Positions 1-7,695 of a DNA stretch of 64,000 bases are shown here, one piece after another. Origin of the DNA: a virus. Lineage: Duplodnaviria > Caudoviricetes. Positions within the stretch are counted from its first letter, which is position 1, and the number at the start of each line of letters is the position of its first letter. The notes beneath the pieces were generated by a model that was not told where the DNA came from, made no database searches, and worked only from the letters and a program-made list of their open reading frames with translations. Location: positions 1-64,000 of IMG/VR virus record IMGVR_UViG_3300011561_000001, one strand, 5' to 3'. The position numbers were made by a program, and so were the translations under genes.

Positions 1-741
1 TTAAAAAATATCCTTTCAAGGGGGGGGGGGGGTTTGTATTTGAGTATTTACCGTCTCTACAGGAGACCTTTCAAGCACTGACGGCCACCACCTCCACCTC
101 TCCCCCCAGATTATAGAAATATCCATCACTATTCCTAGCAGGCATACATCCTAAGACCACCAGACAGGGCATACCATCGATGACTGTCCGTCATCAGCCA
201 TAGACCACCCTAATCGAGATGTGTGTATGTATGACTGCACTTCGCATAACGTAGCATATGTTAAATGGATTTATAGGATGCACTATAGGGAAACCTAATA
301 ACTCAATACTTCGTATTGGAGTGATATTGCTAGGGGATAGCGTCAGCTATCGAGTGAGGAGTAGTGTTTAAATGTCGTTAAGGGATGGATATAGGGTAAA
401 AAGTACCATAAGGAGGGTAATTAATACCGTTCATGCTTAACATCATTCGTTGTACGCATTCACTCTCAGGGTATTAGAGGGGATATTTAGAGGGATATTT
501 TGAAGGGGAAAGGGTATTAGAGGGAGGCTCATAAGCAGCGTATACGCTGGCTTGTGTGCTTTCTTATGCTACCGCATGAATGGGCAGTGCAAGGGGTGGT
601 AGAGGGTGATGCTTGGTGATGGTAGGAAGGGGTTAGAGGATGGATTAAGGAGAGTGTATTGGGGTTTAGAGGCGAGTGTATGAAGGTTTTTAGATGTTTA
701 TATGTTAGACAAGAGAAAGCCCCTGTTAAGGGGCTTAAGTG
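1..741. repeat. Non-coding, probably terminal region with a G13 tract (20-32), a C-rich patch (~84-108) and about six TAGAGG-containing short repeats (~470-672)
   Basis: No credible ORF. Strong strand purine skew. gggtattagaggg occurs twice (~469, ~511). Lies beyond the last early terminator. Confidence 0.55.
717..736 (-). terminator. Rho-independent terminator, copy 1 of a 27-bp exact repeat
   Basis: AAGCCCC-ttaaca-GGGGCTT followed by TCTCTTGTCT on the minus strand, just after the 742 stop. 711-737 is identical to 1250-1276. Confidence 0.8.
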
Positions 742-915
742 TTAGACAATCTCGATAAAGTTTGTAGTGTTATTGGTATCTGTATTCCTTACAAAGCCTG
801 CATACCCTTCTAACTTATAGTCCAGCACAGAGAGTCTAACGGCCGTCCAATTATCGGTTTGAAATTCTAATGTTGGCTGTTTTTTGGTAAAGTAGATAAA
901 GACTTGATATTTCAT
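742..915 (-). CDS. Hypothetical early protein, 57 aa (MKYQVFIYFTKK...)
   Basis: Translated by hand. ATG overlaps the upstream stop; a terminator follows. Confidence 0.7.
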   Translation of the reverse strand: MKYQVFIYFTKKQPTLEFQTDNWTAVRLSVLDYKLEGYAGFVRNTDTNNTTNFIEIV

Positions 916-1082
916 TTATATACCACCTTATAGAACATACCCTCATAAGCTTCGACTGCATCATGAAAGTGAGTCATAGTAAGGTGCGCCACTACAAAAC
1001 CATCTGAGTCTACCAATTGAAACTCTTTAGCATCCCAGTAGGAACCAACATAAGTGATGCCATTAGTGATTACGGTGTTCAT
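912..1082 (-). CDS. Hypothetical early protein, 56 aa (MNTVITNG...)
   Basis: Start moved to ATG 1082 because the longer ORF-track start lies inside the promoter. Confidence 0.7.
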   Translation of the reverse strand: MNTVITNGITYVGSYWDAKEFQLVDSDGFVVAHLTMTHFHDAVEAYEGMFYKVVYK

Positions 1083-1125
1083 TGTGTGTATCCTTTTGGG
1101 TGATGTTTCTGCTCTTGATGGGTTC

Positions 1126-1154
1126 ATTGTACAGGGGCAGCATACAGCAGTCAA
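1126..1154 (-). promoter_or_regulatory. sigma70-type early promoter
   Basis: TTGACT-17-TACAAT. Confidence 0.8.
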
Positions 1155-1255
1155 CAAGAAATTGAAGAAAATTTAAATTATTTTATAATCAAATAACGTG
1201 CCAAAAGCTTACAAGAAGTGGTAAAAATTTTATCCTGTTTTTCTCTGAAAAGAGA

Positions 1256-1275
1256 AAGCCCCTGTTAAGGGGCTT
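1256..1275 (-). terminator. Rho-independent terminator, copy 2 of the 27-bp repeat
   Basis: Same hairpin as 717-736, right after the 1280 stop. Confidence 0.8.
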
Positions 1276-1279
1276 ATTG

Positions 1280-1492
1280 TTAGATATATTGATCTGGAAT
1301 CACTGCTTCGTCATACCACTTGCCTACATACTTCACACGGAAAGGGCCTGGGAGGTTATGGTGTTTGCATAGACGACTGGCTTGTTTCATTGCATCCTGT
1401 TTGTCTTGCGCTGGGAATTGCCTCCAATAATTTGATCCGTCTGTATAGACACCATCACCGCCAATACCATAATAGAGACTATATCTTTTCAT
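1280..1492 (-). CDS. Hypothetical early protein, 70 aa
   Basis: ORF track; SD-like GAGGTGG upstream; flanked by promoter and terminator. Confidence 0.75.
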   Translation of the reverse strand: MKRYSLYYGIGGDGVYTDGSNYWRQFPAQDKQDAMKQASRLCKHHNLPGPFRVKYVGKWYDEAVIPDQYI

Positions 1493-1538
1493 TTTCGACC
1501 ACCTCTGACATATTGGGATTTCTGCTCTTGATGTGGAT

Positions 1539-1567
1539 ATTCTAAGCCCATCCCAACATCACGTCAA
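1539..1567 (-). promoter_or_regulatory. sigma70-type early promoter
   Basis: TTGACG-17-TAGAAT. Shares the 15-bp leader CATCAAGAGCAGAAA (1519-1533) with the promoter at 1126 (1106-1120). Confidence 0.8.
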
Positions 1568-1683
1568 CCACCCTTTGCATTCTTTTTGAATTTATTTTCG
1601 ATGGCTGAGCAAGCCATGAGAATACATGTAATTATGGCTAAGGCTTGCATAACTAGGGATTCAATAGACATTGTGTGTTTTCC

Positions 1684-1998
1684 TTATGCTTTAGCAATCT
1701 CTGACAACCACTCCCTTACCTTCCGATCAACTGTCTCAGCTTGTGCCATAGTGGCAGCCTGAGCTGTATTGTATTCCTCAATAAAGCCTATAGTGTGACG
1801 TGTATCGCCACGACTCAATACTAACAACCCATGACTACCGCCTGTTAGAGTCCAGACGTTCAAACCATCCATAAACATCAGGTCGCCTTCGAAGACAACA
1901 TCCCCATTGCGCTTATAGATTGCTGTAGTCCAATCGAAGCTAACAACCATCAAAGCCTTTTTCAGATTGTCGTATTTAGCTTGCTGTTTAACGTTCAT
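1684..1998 (-). CDS. Hypothetical early protein, 104 aa
   Basis: ORF track; AAGGA SD upstream. Confidence 0.75.
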   Translation of the reverse strand: MNVKQQAKYDNLKKALMVVSFDWTTAIYKRNGDVVFEGDLMFMDGLNVWTLTGGSHGLLVLSRGDTRHTIGFIEEYNTAQAATMAQAETVDRKVREWLSEIAKA

Positions 1999-2172
1999 TC
2001 TATTATTCCTTTGCCTTGATTGGTAATGGATACATTATACAGCGATGTGAAAGGCTTTAACAATAGCGCTCTTGATGGGGAATGCTGCTACAGTGCAGAT
2101 GGAGAGGATCGCTATATTCATAGCTGCTAGAGTCATTGTTTGTCTCACTAGATGTTCTGTTTGTGTAAAGCA

Positions 2173-2201
2173 AGAATAGCCCCTTACGGGGCTTAGGTCA
2201 A
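2173..2201 (-). promoter_or_regulatory. Promoter with hairpin spacer (cassette copy A)
   Basis: TTGACC-taagccccgtaaggggc-TATTCT. TGA of the upstream gene is inside the -35. Confidence 0.75.
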
Positions 2202-2470
2202 GCTTGTTTGTATTTTTCTTTTCTTTCTTGTGCAATCTCTTTCTTGAATGTCTTCACATACCAGCCGTTAAAATTCCTGAGCTGAGCAAAAGCAAGATCA
2301 AAGTCTTTTTTGGCTTGCTGCCATTCTGGCATAGCTCTGACATGATCGGGAGTCATGCCCATCTCAGATTTACCATAAGAATCGAAAGCTTTCAGAGCCT
2401 TATCTGCTATATCGAGGCAATCTTCCAGGGCTTTCTTGCTTTGCTTGGCAATTATGAATTGTTTGGTCAT
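2198..2470 (-). CDS. Phage hypothetical protein, 90 aa (GMTPDHV..PEW..AK motif)
   Basis: ORF track; resembles a recurring phage early protein family (from memory). Confidence 0.75.
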   Translation of the reverse strand: MTKQFIIAKQSKKALEDCLDIADKALKAFDSYGKSEMGMTPDHVRAMPEWQQAKKDFDLAFAQLRNFNGWYVKTFKKEIAQERKEKYKQA

Positions 2471-2502
2471 GTTCTTGCTTCCGTGTTTGCTTTGTAGGGG
2501 AG

Positions 2503-2531
2503 AGAATAGCCCCTTTCGGGGCTTAGGTCAA
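2503..2531 (-). promoter_or_regulatory. Promoter with hairpin spacer (cassette copy B)
   Basis: TTGACC-taagccccgaaaggggc-TATTCT; 28/29 identical to 2173-2201. Confidence 0.75.
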
Positions 2532-2659
2532 TCAATTTTTATGTAAATCCCTTTGTATGGGATGACTACAGTCTCACCAGCTATGGTGAATCGTTCAAGC
2601 TTTCGTTTAGCTATAATCGCTACAATAAAGAAGGGGAGAATTTTAGTCCAAGTCTTCAT
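2528..2659 (-). CDS. Hypothetical protein, 43 aa (MKTWTKILPFF...)
   Basis: Translated by hand; stop overlaps the -35 of cassette B. Confidence 0.55.
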   Translation of the reverse strand: MKTWTKILPFFIVAIIAKRKLERFTIAGETVVIPYKGIYIKID

Positions 2660-2838
2660 CCGTGCACCGTAATGTAGCTCAGAAGATAAAAATCTAAACC
2701 ATAAATCTTTTCATATTCGGATATAAGATTGTTCAACCTATCCTCCAGACATTGTTTAGATATAGCTTCGTTATCCATACAAGACTCCTTAAGCCTCATA
2801 ACTTCCACAATCTCTGAGGCTAGACTTTGGCGTTTCAT
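2656..2838 (-). CDS. Hypothetical protein, 60 aa (MKRQSLASE...)
   Basis: Internal ATG with AAGGAG SD; overlaps the next start. Confidence 0.65.
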   Translation of the reverse strand: MKRQSLASEIVEVMRLKESCMDNEAISKQCLEDRLNNLISEYEKIYGLDFYLLSYITVHG

Positions 2839-2848
2839 GTGGTACTCC

Positions 2849-3073
2849 TTATAGAATAATCTTCTCAATGACTTTAATGCACTTTGCTTGCTTAGCTGCC
2901 AGACTTTTAGGCATCTCCTCGATGCTGGACATAATCTCATAGCGTTCCATCGGTGACAGTTGAGTCCAGACGCTGAGCGCCATAGCCTCTTTGGTGATTG
3001 GAAAAGCTGGGTTGATTGCCAGCATCTCGGCTTTGTAGGCTTCGGCAATCTTGAGCATTTTGGTTGTGGTCAT
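2849..3073 (-). CDS. Hypothetical protein, 74 aa (MTTTKMLK...)
   Basis: Leader repeat shared with the gene at 2470. Confidence 0.7.
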   Translation of the reverse strand: MTTTKMLKIAEAYKAEMLAINPAFPITKEAMALSVWTQLSPMERYEIMSSIEEMPKSLAAKQAKCIKVIEKIIL

Positions 3074-3108
3074 ATTCTTGCTTCCGTGTTTGTTTGGTTG
3101 ATGTGCAA

Positions 3109-3137
3109 AGGATAAAGCCCTCAACGTATGGTGTCAA
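3109..3137 (-). promoter_or_regulatory. Promoter with the -35 enclosed in an inverted repeat
   Basis: TTGACA-17-TATCCT inside AAAGCCCT...AGGGCTTT. Confidence 0.75.
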
Positions 3138-3151
3138 GGGCTTTTAGGGGA

Positions 3152-3406
3152 TTATTTGCTGTTATCGGCATTATCCATGTACACACGACCGCTAGGAGTG
3201 ACGGCAATTACCACATTAGCCAGCTCAGAAGGGCCATAATTCAACCCATAGACAAAGCCAGCATTGGGGCGAGTCTTACCACGATACAGGTTGCCATTCT
3301 CATCTGTCAGAGTGAAGCTGTAAACAGGGTTGCCGTAAACAGTGTTACGCTCGCGGTTCCAATCGAGGATGGTTGCTTTGGCGATGGCGGTTTTAGTGGT
3401 TTTCAT
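3152..3406 (-). CDS. Hypothetical early protein, 84 aa
   Basis: ORF track; AAGGA SD upstream. Confidence 0.75.
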   Translation of the reverse strand: MKTTKTAIAKATILDWNRERNTVYGNPVYSFTLTDENGNLYRGKTRPNAGFVYGLNYGPSELANVVIAVTPSGRVYMDNADNSK

Positions 3407-3444
3407 GTCTGCTTTCCTTTGGTGTTTCGTTGTTTGTTGGTGTC

Positions 3445-3473
3445 ATTCTAGCGCCCCTTTCGAGGCGCTGCAA
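3445..3473 (-). promoter_or_regulatory. Promoter with hairpin spacer
   Basis: TTGCAG-cgcctcgaaaggggcgc-TAGAAT. Confidence 0.7.
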
Positions 3474-3482
3474 GCTTTTATT

Positions 3483-3725
3483 TTACTTATTTTGATCCCA
3501 AAGCTGACCTGCATTTGCTTCTTTTGCACAATGCTCGGCAGCAGCGTTCACCAGCTTACAAACCGCCTCGACCACGTTTGACACTCCCAGCGACAAGGCT
3601 TGCATTGTCAGCGCCTCGGTTTGACCGTTAGTCTTGGCGACCACTTTCACAGCGTCCTCAATGGCAATTTTAAGGAATGCAGGGGATGCCTTGAAAGCTT
3701 CGGCTGTATAGGTTGTCTTAGTCAT
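3483..3725 (-). CDS. Hypothetical early protein, 80 aa
   Basis: ORF track; promoter TTGACT-16-TAATAT near 3798-3825. Confidence 0.7.
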   Translation of the reverse strand: MTKTTYTAEAFKASPAFLKIAIEDAVKVVAKTNGQTEALTMQALSLGVSNVVEAVCKLVNAAAEHCAKEANAGQLWDQNK

Positions 3726-3963
3726 GGCTCTGATTCCTGTCTGTCTTTGGTTGGAAGCTTGTTTCGTGTAATCTCTTGATTACGCTTCGTTGGTGATATA
3801 TTAGCATTCTGAGCTATGGAGTCAATAGGGAAAGTGAAAATAAATTGAGAAATTTTAGAAAGAAAAAGCTTGTATCCTGTGCTGGCTTGTGAGAATATAA
3901 CCACATGGAGCCACGTCCGAGGAGGGAGGGTGGACGAGTGTAAAGATTTAGGACGAGTAAAAG

Positions 3964-3986
3964 AAAACCCGGATTTCTCCGGGCTT
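3964..3986 (-). terminator. Rho-independent terminator
   Basis: AAGCCCGGA-gaaa-TCCGGGTTT followed by a T-tract after the 3997 stop. Confidence 0.75.
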
Positions 3987-3996
3987 CTGTTGTGGT

Positions 3997-4173
3997 TTAG
4001 ACGGATTCCGGGGCTTCGTGTATCCATGCGAGGATTTCTGCTCTTAGCTCATCTTCGCTGTACTCCCCAGCCAGAAAGCGCTGTTCGTCAAAGCGCTCGT
4101 ACAGGCTCATATCATCCTCAAACAATACAGCGTTGGTTAACTCGTCCTTGTTCATGTCTTCGATGGCTTTCAT
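3997..4173 (-). CDS. Acidic hypothetical protein, 58 aa (MKAIEDMNKDEL...)
   Basis: Translated by hand; promoter upstream, terminator downstream. Confidence 0.7.
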   Translation of the reverse strand: MKAIEDMNKDELTNAVLFEDDMSLYERFDEQRFLAGEYSEDELRAEILAWIHEAPESV

Positions 4174-4206
4174 GTTCTTTGCTCCAGTTGTGTGCTTGAT
4201 GTGGTA

Positions 4207-4235
4207 ATTCTAGGTGGATGGAGCGGGGCTGTCAA
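4207..4235 (-). promoter_or_regulatory. Promoter with the -35 inside GGGGC...GCCCC
   Basis: TTGACA-17-TAGAAT; upstream TGA lies within TTGACA. Confidence 0.8.
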
Positions 4236-4408
4236 GCCCCTTCTGCAATTGTTTTCACTTCATCAGCGACCAGCGGAAACAGAGCGATCACTGTAGGAAC
4301 AAGAACAACTAGAGTAGCCCATCCCATCATAGCGATGAAGATATAGCCAACAATGGAGGCCAGAGCGAGGATCATCAGAGCGGCTATAGTGGCGAGGATT
4401 GTGTTCAT
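4232..4408 (-). CDS. Small membrane protein, 58 aa, about two TM segments
   Basis: Translated by hand: MNTILATIAALMILALASIVGYIFIAMMGWATLVVLVPTVIALFPLV... Confidence 0.7.
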   Translation of the reverse strand: MNTILATIAALMILALASIVGYIFIAMMGWATLVVLVPTVIALFPLVADEVKTIAEGA

Positions 4409-4453
4409 GTCTTTAGCTCCGTTGTGTTAGGCGTTTTGCCTTTCGATGGGTTC

Positions 4454-4482
4454 ATTATATAGCCCCTTTCGGGGCGTTGCAA
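4454..4482 (-). promoter_or_regulatory. Promoter with hairpin spacer
   Basis: TTGCAA-cgccccgaaaggggcta-TATAAT. Confidence 0.8.
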
Positions 4483-4485
4483 GTT

Positions 4486-4752
4486 TTATTTATACTGCTT
4501 TTCCATAAACTCATCCACTTCGTGCCCGAAAATGTGTGTAACTTTGCTCGCTTTTGGTCTTTTGCCTATATACTCAAGCTGAATGAATAGTGTGGCATTT
4601 CCGGTAGTTACAACGCACTCGTGGGCCGCTGTGATGGATTGATCGGCGTCTAATTGCTTCGCAAGATTGTGGAATTGATGAGGTAGTTTCTCGAATGTTG
4701 TTTCAAAGGTGATATCTTCAACAGTCGCACGCAGTTTCTGAGTCTTTTTCAT
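4486..4752 (-). CDS. Hypothetical early protein, 88 aa
   Basis: ORF track; AAAGGA SD upstream. Confidence 0.75.
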   Translation of the reverse strand: MKKTQKLRATVEDITFETTFEKLPHQFHNLAKQLDADQSITAAHECVVTTGNATLFIQLEYIGKRPKASKVTHIFGHEVDEFMEKQYK

Positions 4753-4791
4753 TTTGTGTTTCCTTTCGGCTTGTTTCGTTTAGATGGTCTC

Positions 4792-4856
4792 ATTATACAG
4801 CCTGAGCCATCCTTGTATAATTGAACTTTTCTATTAACTTAATAGATATTCTCTAT
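4792..4856 (-). promoter_or_regulatory. Promoter with abutting OxyR/LysR-type operator, site 1
   Basis: -10 TATAAT, 16-bp spacer, -35 TATACA. Plus strand 4820-4856 reads ATTG-N7-CTAT-N7-ATAG-N7-CTAT. Confidence 0.6.
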
Positions 4857-5013
4857 CACTGAATAACACCCACTCCTCCTGTTTGTCTCCCCGTTCTAGC
4901 CGTCTTGTGGTCATCTTAGCGACCTTCAATGAACATGTCAACAGCTTATTTCACCTTTTTACAGACAAAAAGAAAGCCCCACCGTTAGGCAGGGCTTATG
5001 TGTAGCTTATTGA

Positions 5014-5268
5014 TTATTCCTCGTCTTCTTCCTCTCCGCTTACCAGCTCCTCAAGGATAGCTTCTGCGCGCTCTACAACCTTCACCATGTCCTGACCGTA
5101 CAAACCATTGTCAAAGTCTGTAGCACGGCAGTCAGTGTTCTGGTATTTGCCGGAGTAGTCACCGCACCAGATGTTGTAGTAAGCCCCGTTAACAGTAATG
5201 AGAATGTCGAAGTCTTCGTTGGTGGCAACGATATAGCCGTATTCAATCACTTCGTGGATGCTGTTCAT
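5014..5268 (-). CDS. Acidic hypothetical protein, 84 aa
   Basis: ORF track; promoter TTGACA-17-TAAGAT at 5317-5345; hairpin terminator ~4975-4996. Confidence 0.75.
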   Translation of the reverse strand: MNSIHEVIEYGYIVATNEDFDILITVNGAYYNIWCGDYSGKYQNTDCRATDFDNGLYGQDMVKVVERAEAILEELVSGEEEDEE

Positions 5269-5376
5269 TTTCTTTCTTCCTTAGCCCCTTTGGGCTTTTC
5301 GTTTGCTGTTGTGCGTATCTTAGAGGAGGTTGGAGCCTGTGTCAACTACTTTTCTCGATTATTTTCTGTTTTTCTT

Positions 5377-5538
5377 TCAGTAGCCAAGCCAGATCAAGAC
5401 AGCTTGCGCTTCGTAGCTGTTATGCAGCCCCATGTCCTGTACAAACTCTTCCCAGCTAGAGCCATGCTTCTCTACTTCCTTTTTAGCACGCTCTGGGCTA
5501 ATGGTGATGCCTTCTGCGCTTTCGTAGTAATCGTCCAT
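5377..5538 (-). CDS. Hypothetical protein, 53 aa (MDDYYESAEG...)
   Basis: Translated by hand; promoter TTGACG-16-TAAAAT at 5578-5605. Confidence 0.65.
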   Translation of the reverse strand: MDDYYESAEGITISPERAKKEVEKHGSSWEEFVQDMGLHNSYEAQAVLIWLGY

Positions 5539-5609
5539 CTCTTGTATCTCCGAGGCTTGTTTGCTTTCGATGTGACTATTTTACCAACCTGAAAACCTAC
5601 GTCAAGTAT

Positions 5610-5822
5610 TTATTTCCAACCTTCACGCAGACGTTTAGCTTGGCTACGCACTTCGGCAGTGGCAGCAATGCGACGCTTTGTCTCCTCGATATCGTTGAGA
5701 GCCTTTTCCAGCTTGGAAGCGTGAATCTCTTGCTCGTCTTCTGGCAGATTCCACCAACTAACAGACAACAAAGCTTCGTAAGTGCTCAGGGCTTTGTCGA
5801 GATGCTTGTTTAAGTTTTCCAT
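5610..5822 (-). CDS. Hypothetical helical protein, 70 aa
   Basis: ORF track; promoter TTGACG-17-TAAGAT at 5859-5887. Confidence 0.75.
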   Translation of the reverse strand: MENLNKHLDKALSTYEALLSVSWWNLPEDEQEIHASKLEKALNDIEETKRRIAATAEVRSQAKRLREGWK

Positions 5823-6053
5823 GATCTTACCCTCTGGGGTTCTGTGTTCGTTGAGGTAATCTTAGACCTACCGGACAAGCACGTCAACCCCCTATTTCAA
5901 AAGAATTTCACTTATTTTTCCGAGGATAAGACAGAAGATCGTTAGAGTTGTGAGTCCTCCAGCTAGCCCCATCAGGAAGCCTAGACAGGTTGCAAAAACT
6001 TCCATAGCTGCTAATTGTGTGCTGTTGGGCTGCCATTCTTGTCTGGTCATGGT

Positions 6054-6269
6054 TTAGCTCGCCTTGTTAGCGTAGCGTTGAAGCATATAGAAGAAATAAC
6101 GGGCTTTGCTACCACTCGCGTTCTTTGGTTGACGATACCCGTAAGCTTTTGCCCAGTGCAGAAGACCCTCGACTTGCTCAGACCGCAGAACGTGGAAATC
6201 ATCAGCTTTTACGTCAATACCATGCTTGAGGGAAAGCTGTTCAATGATGATATCTTTTTGAGTGGTCAT
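6054..6269 (-). CDS. Phage hypothetical protein, 71 aa (GYRQPKNASGSKARYF)
   Basis: Start moved to ATG 6269 because ATG 6323 lies in the -10 box. Confidence 0.7.
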   Translation of the reverse strand: MTTQKDIIIEQLSLKHGIDVKADDFHVLRSEQVEGLLHWAKAYGYRQPKNASGSKARYFFYMLQRYANKAS

Positions 6270-6321
6270 GTCTGCTATTCCTGTTCTAGCTGGAAGACCC
6301 TGTGTCTTCTCTGTTGTGTCC

Positions 6322-6397
6322 ATTCTACAACATACAGCTTTGATGGCAAATTGATTGTTTCTATCAGGACACTAGTAATCGATAGAACCAAGCCTAT
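6322..6397 (-). promoter_or_regulatory. Promoter with abutting LysR-type operator, site 2
   Basis: TAGAAT, 16-bp spacer, TTGCCA. Plus strand 6350-6397 reads ATTG-N7-CTAT-N17-ATAG-N8-CTAT. Confidence 0.55.
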
Positions 6398-6752
6398 CAG
6401 TATAAGTTTTGCCTGCTAATTTTGGCTCAAGAACATATATAGTTTTTGACTTGTAAAAACCACTCTTAACATCCTCGTCGCTTGGAGGATAATACGCAAA
6501 GTATTCCCATTTGCCGATTCTGTTCGCTTTGTACAGCTCAGAAATCTTATTATCATCGATTGGATTGTTGCCTTCTTTTTGCATTTGCCAGTTTACGCGC
6601 TCTTTATAACCTTATAAGGTTAGTTTTTGCAATTGGGCGCTATTGAGTGTTTTTGCAATTGGTTGGAAGTCCTCAACAAACCCATTCCAAACCATAATTT
6701 CCGGGTTCCCTTCTACACTCTCTAACAGTGTAATTAGGTCATTCTTCCTCAT
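6372..6752 (-). pseudogene. ~126-codon gene interrupted by one in-frame TAA (6612-6614)
   Basis: MRKNDLITLLES...KLTL*GYKERVNWQMQKEG...DRLGSIDY reads continuously in one frame. Confidence 0.55.
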
Positions 6753-7079
6753 AAATCCCCCACGACCTCTGTAGTTTGAAGTTCTGTCTATAGTAGTATA
6801 AATCAGAAAGCGGAACAATACTGACACTCTGACTTTTATTCTCATAGCCACTATCGAAGATGTGAGCCATACCCGCTTCTATTTTATACCAACGAGATTG
6901 TTTCATGTTCTTTTGTCCCATACTTGATAATCTGGTAGTCGTCTGATTTATGGCTCATCTCTTTTAGTTCGTATCTATAGCACCAGACACCATCCGGCCA
7001 TAAAATAATATCTTCTAAGTCTAGGCACTCATTGCATAATGCCTTTATATTCCAATGCTCACACAACGTCCTACCAATA

Positions 7080-7235
7080 TCAGTACCACACCTTGCCATC
7101 ATTAGACCATTGTTTGATGAGTCGAGCACGTTGTTTGCACCAATAGACGCCACCAATCTTATCGTTTCCTGCATCGTATGTATAGAAGATGCCTTTATTT
7201 GCTTTAGCGGCTTTGCAAGCTTCTTGATAGGTCAT
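7080..7235 (-). CDS. Hypothetical protein, 51 aa (MTYQEACKAAK...)
   Basis: Translated by hand; GGAG SD upstream. Confidence 0.65.
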   Translation of the reverse strand: MTYQEACKAAKANKGIFYTYDAGNDKIGGVYWCKQRARLIKQWSNDGKVWY

Positions 7236-7269
7236 TTCGTGTTGCTCCGTGTTTGTTCCTGTTGTGCTC

Positions 7270-7344
7270 AGTATACGGAAATCTCAAACCATCACAAATT
7301 GATTGTTTCTATAGCGTCAATGCTTTGCGATAGCTTCTTCCAAT
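7270..7344 (-). promoter_or_regulatory. Promoter with abutting LysR-type operator, site 3
   Basis: TATACT, 16-bp spacer, TTGTGA. Plus strand 7298-7344 reads ATTG-N7-CTAT-N17-ATAG-N7-CAAT. Confidence 0.55.
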
Positions 7345-7505
7345 GATTCCTCTTTCATTTCCTCGCAGTAGCTATAAACGCCTTGCTTACGCTGATATGC
7401 ACTTTCCACGACACAAGTTGTCATGTCTTCATAAATCTCAGGACTGAGTTCGTGGCATTGCCCATTAGATAGGCATACACTCACCACTAGAGCATAGAGG
7501 ATCAT
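7317..7505 (-). CDS. Small exported, Cys-containing protein, 62 aa (MILYALVVSVCLSNGQC...)
   Basis: Hydrophobic N-terminus and four Cys. Confidence 0.6.
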   Translation of the reverse strand: MILYALVVSVCLSNGQCHELSPEIYEDMTTCVVESAYQRKQGVYSYCEEMKEESLEEAIAKH

Positions 7506-7506
7506 A

Positions 7507-7632
7507 TTAAATAACCCCATAGTCTTCGTGTTGTGTTTCAATTACAGCCAAGCTAAAGACAGCTAGCAAAGCTGGAACCAGGATGAGAATAGGGGAATGG
7601 ATGATAGCAGCCCCAAGTATTAAAAGACCCAT
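7507..7632 (-). CDS. Small membrane protein, 41 aa (MGLLILGAAII...)
   Basis: Translated by hand; AAGGAG SD upstream. Confidence 0.6.
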   Translation of the reverse strand: MGLLILGAAIIHSPILILVPALLAVFSLAVIETQHEDYGVI

Positions 7633-7695
7633 GTTAATTCTCCTTAGCACCAGTATCGGTGGTTTACCGCCAATCGTAAGAAAGACGTTACCTTA

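Noticed and set aside
282-292. CACTATAGGG, resembling the core of a T7 promoter
   Set aside because: Single partial match; the upstream specificity bases differ and there is no phage RNA polymerase gene in the window.
711-4482. Spaced short repeats considered as a CRISPR array
   Set aside because: Spacing is irregular (hundreds of bp), intervals contain genes, repeats are promoters or terminators, and there are no cas genes.
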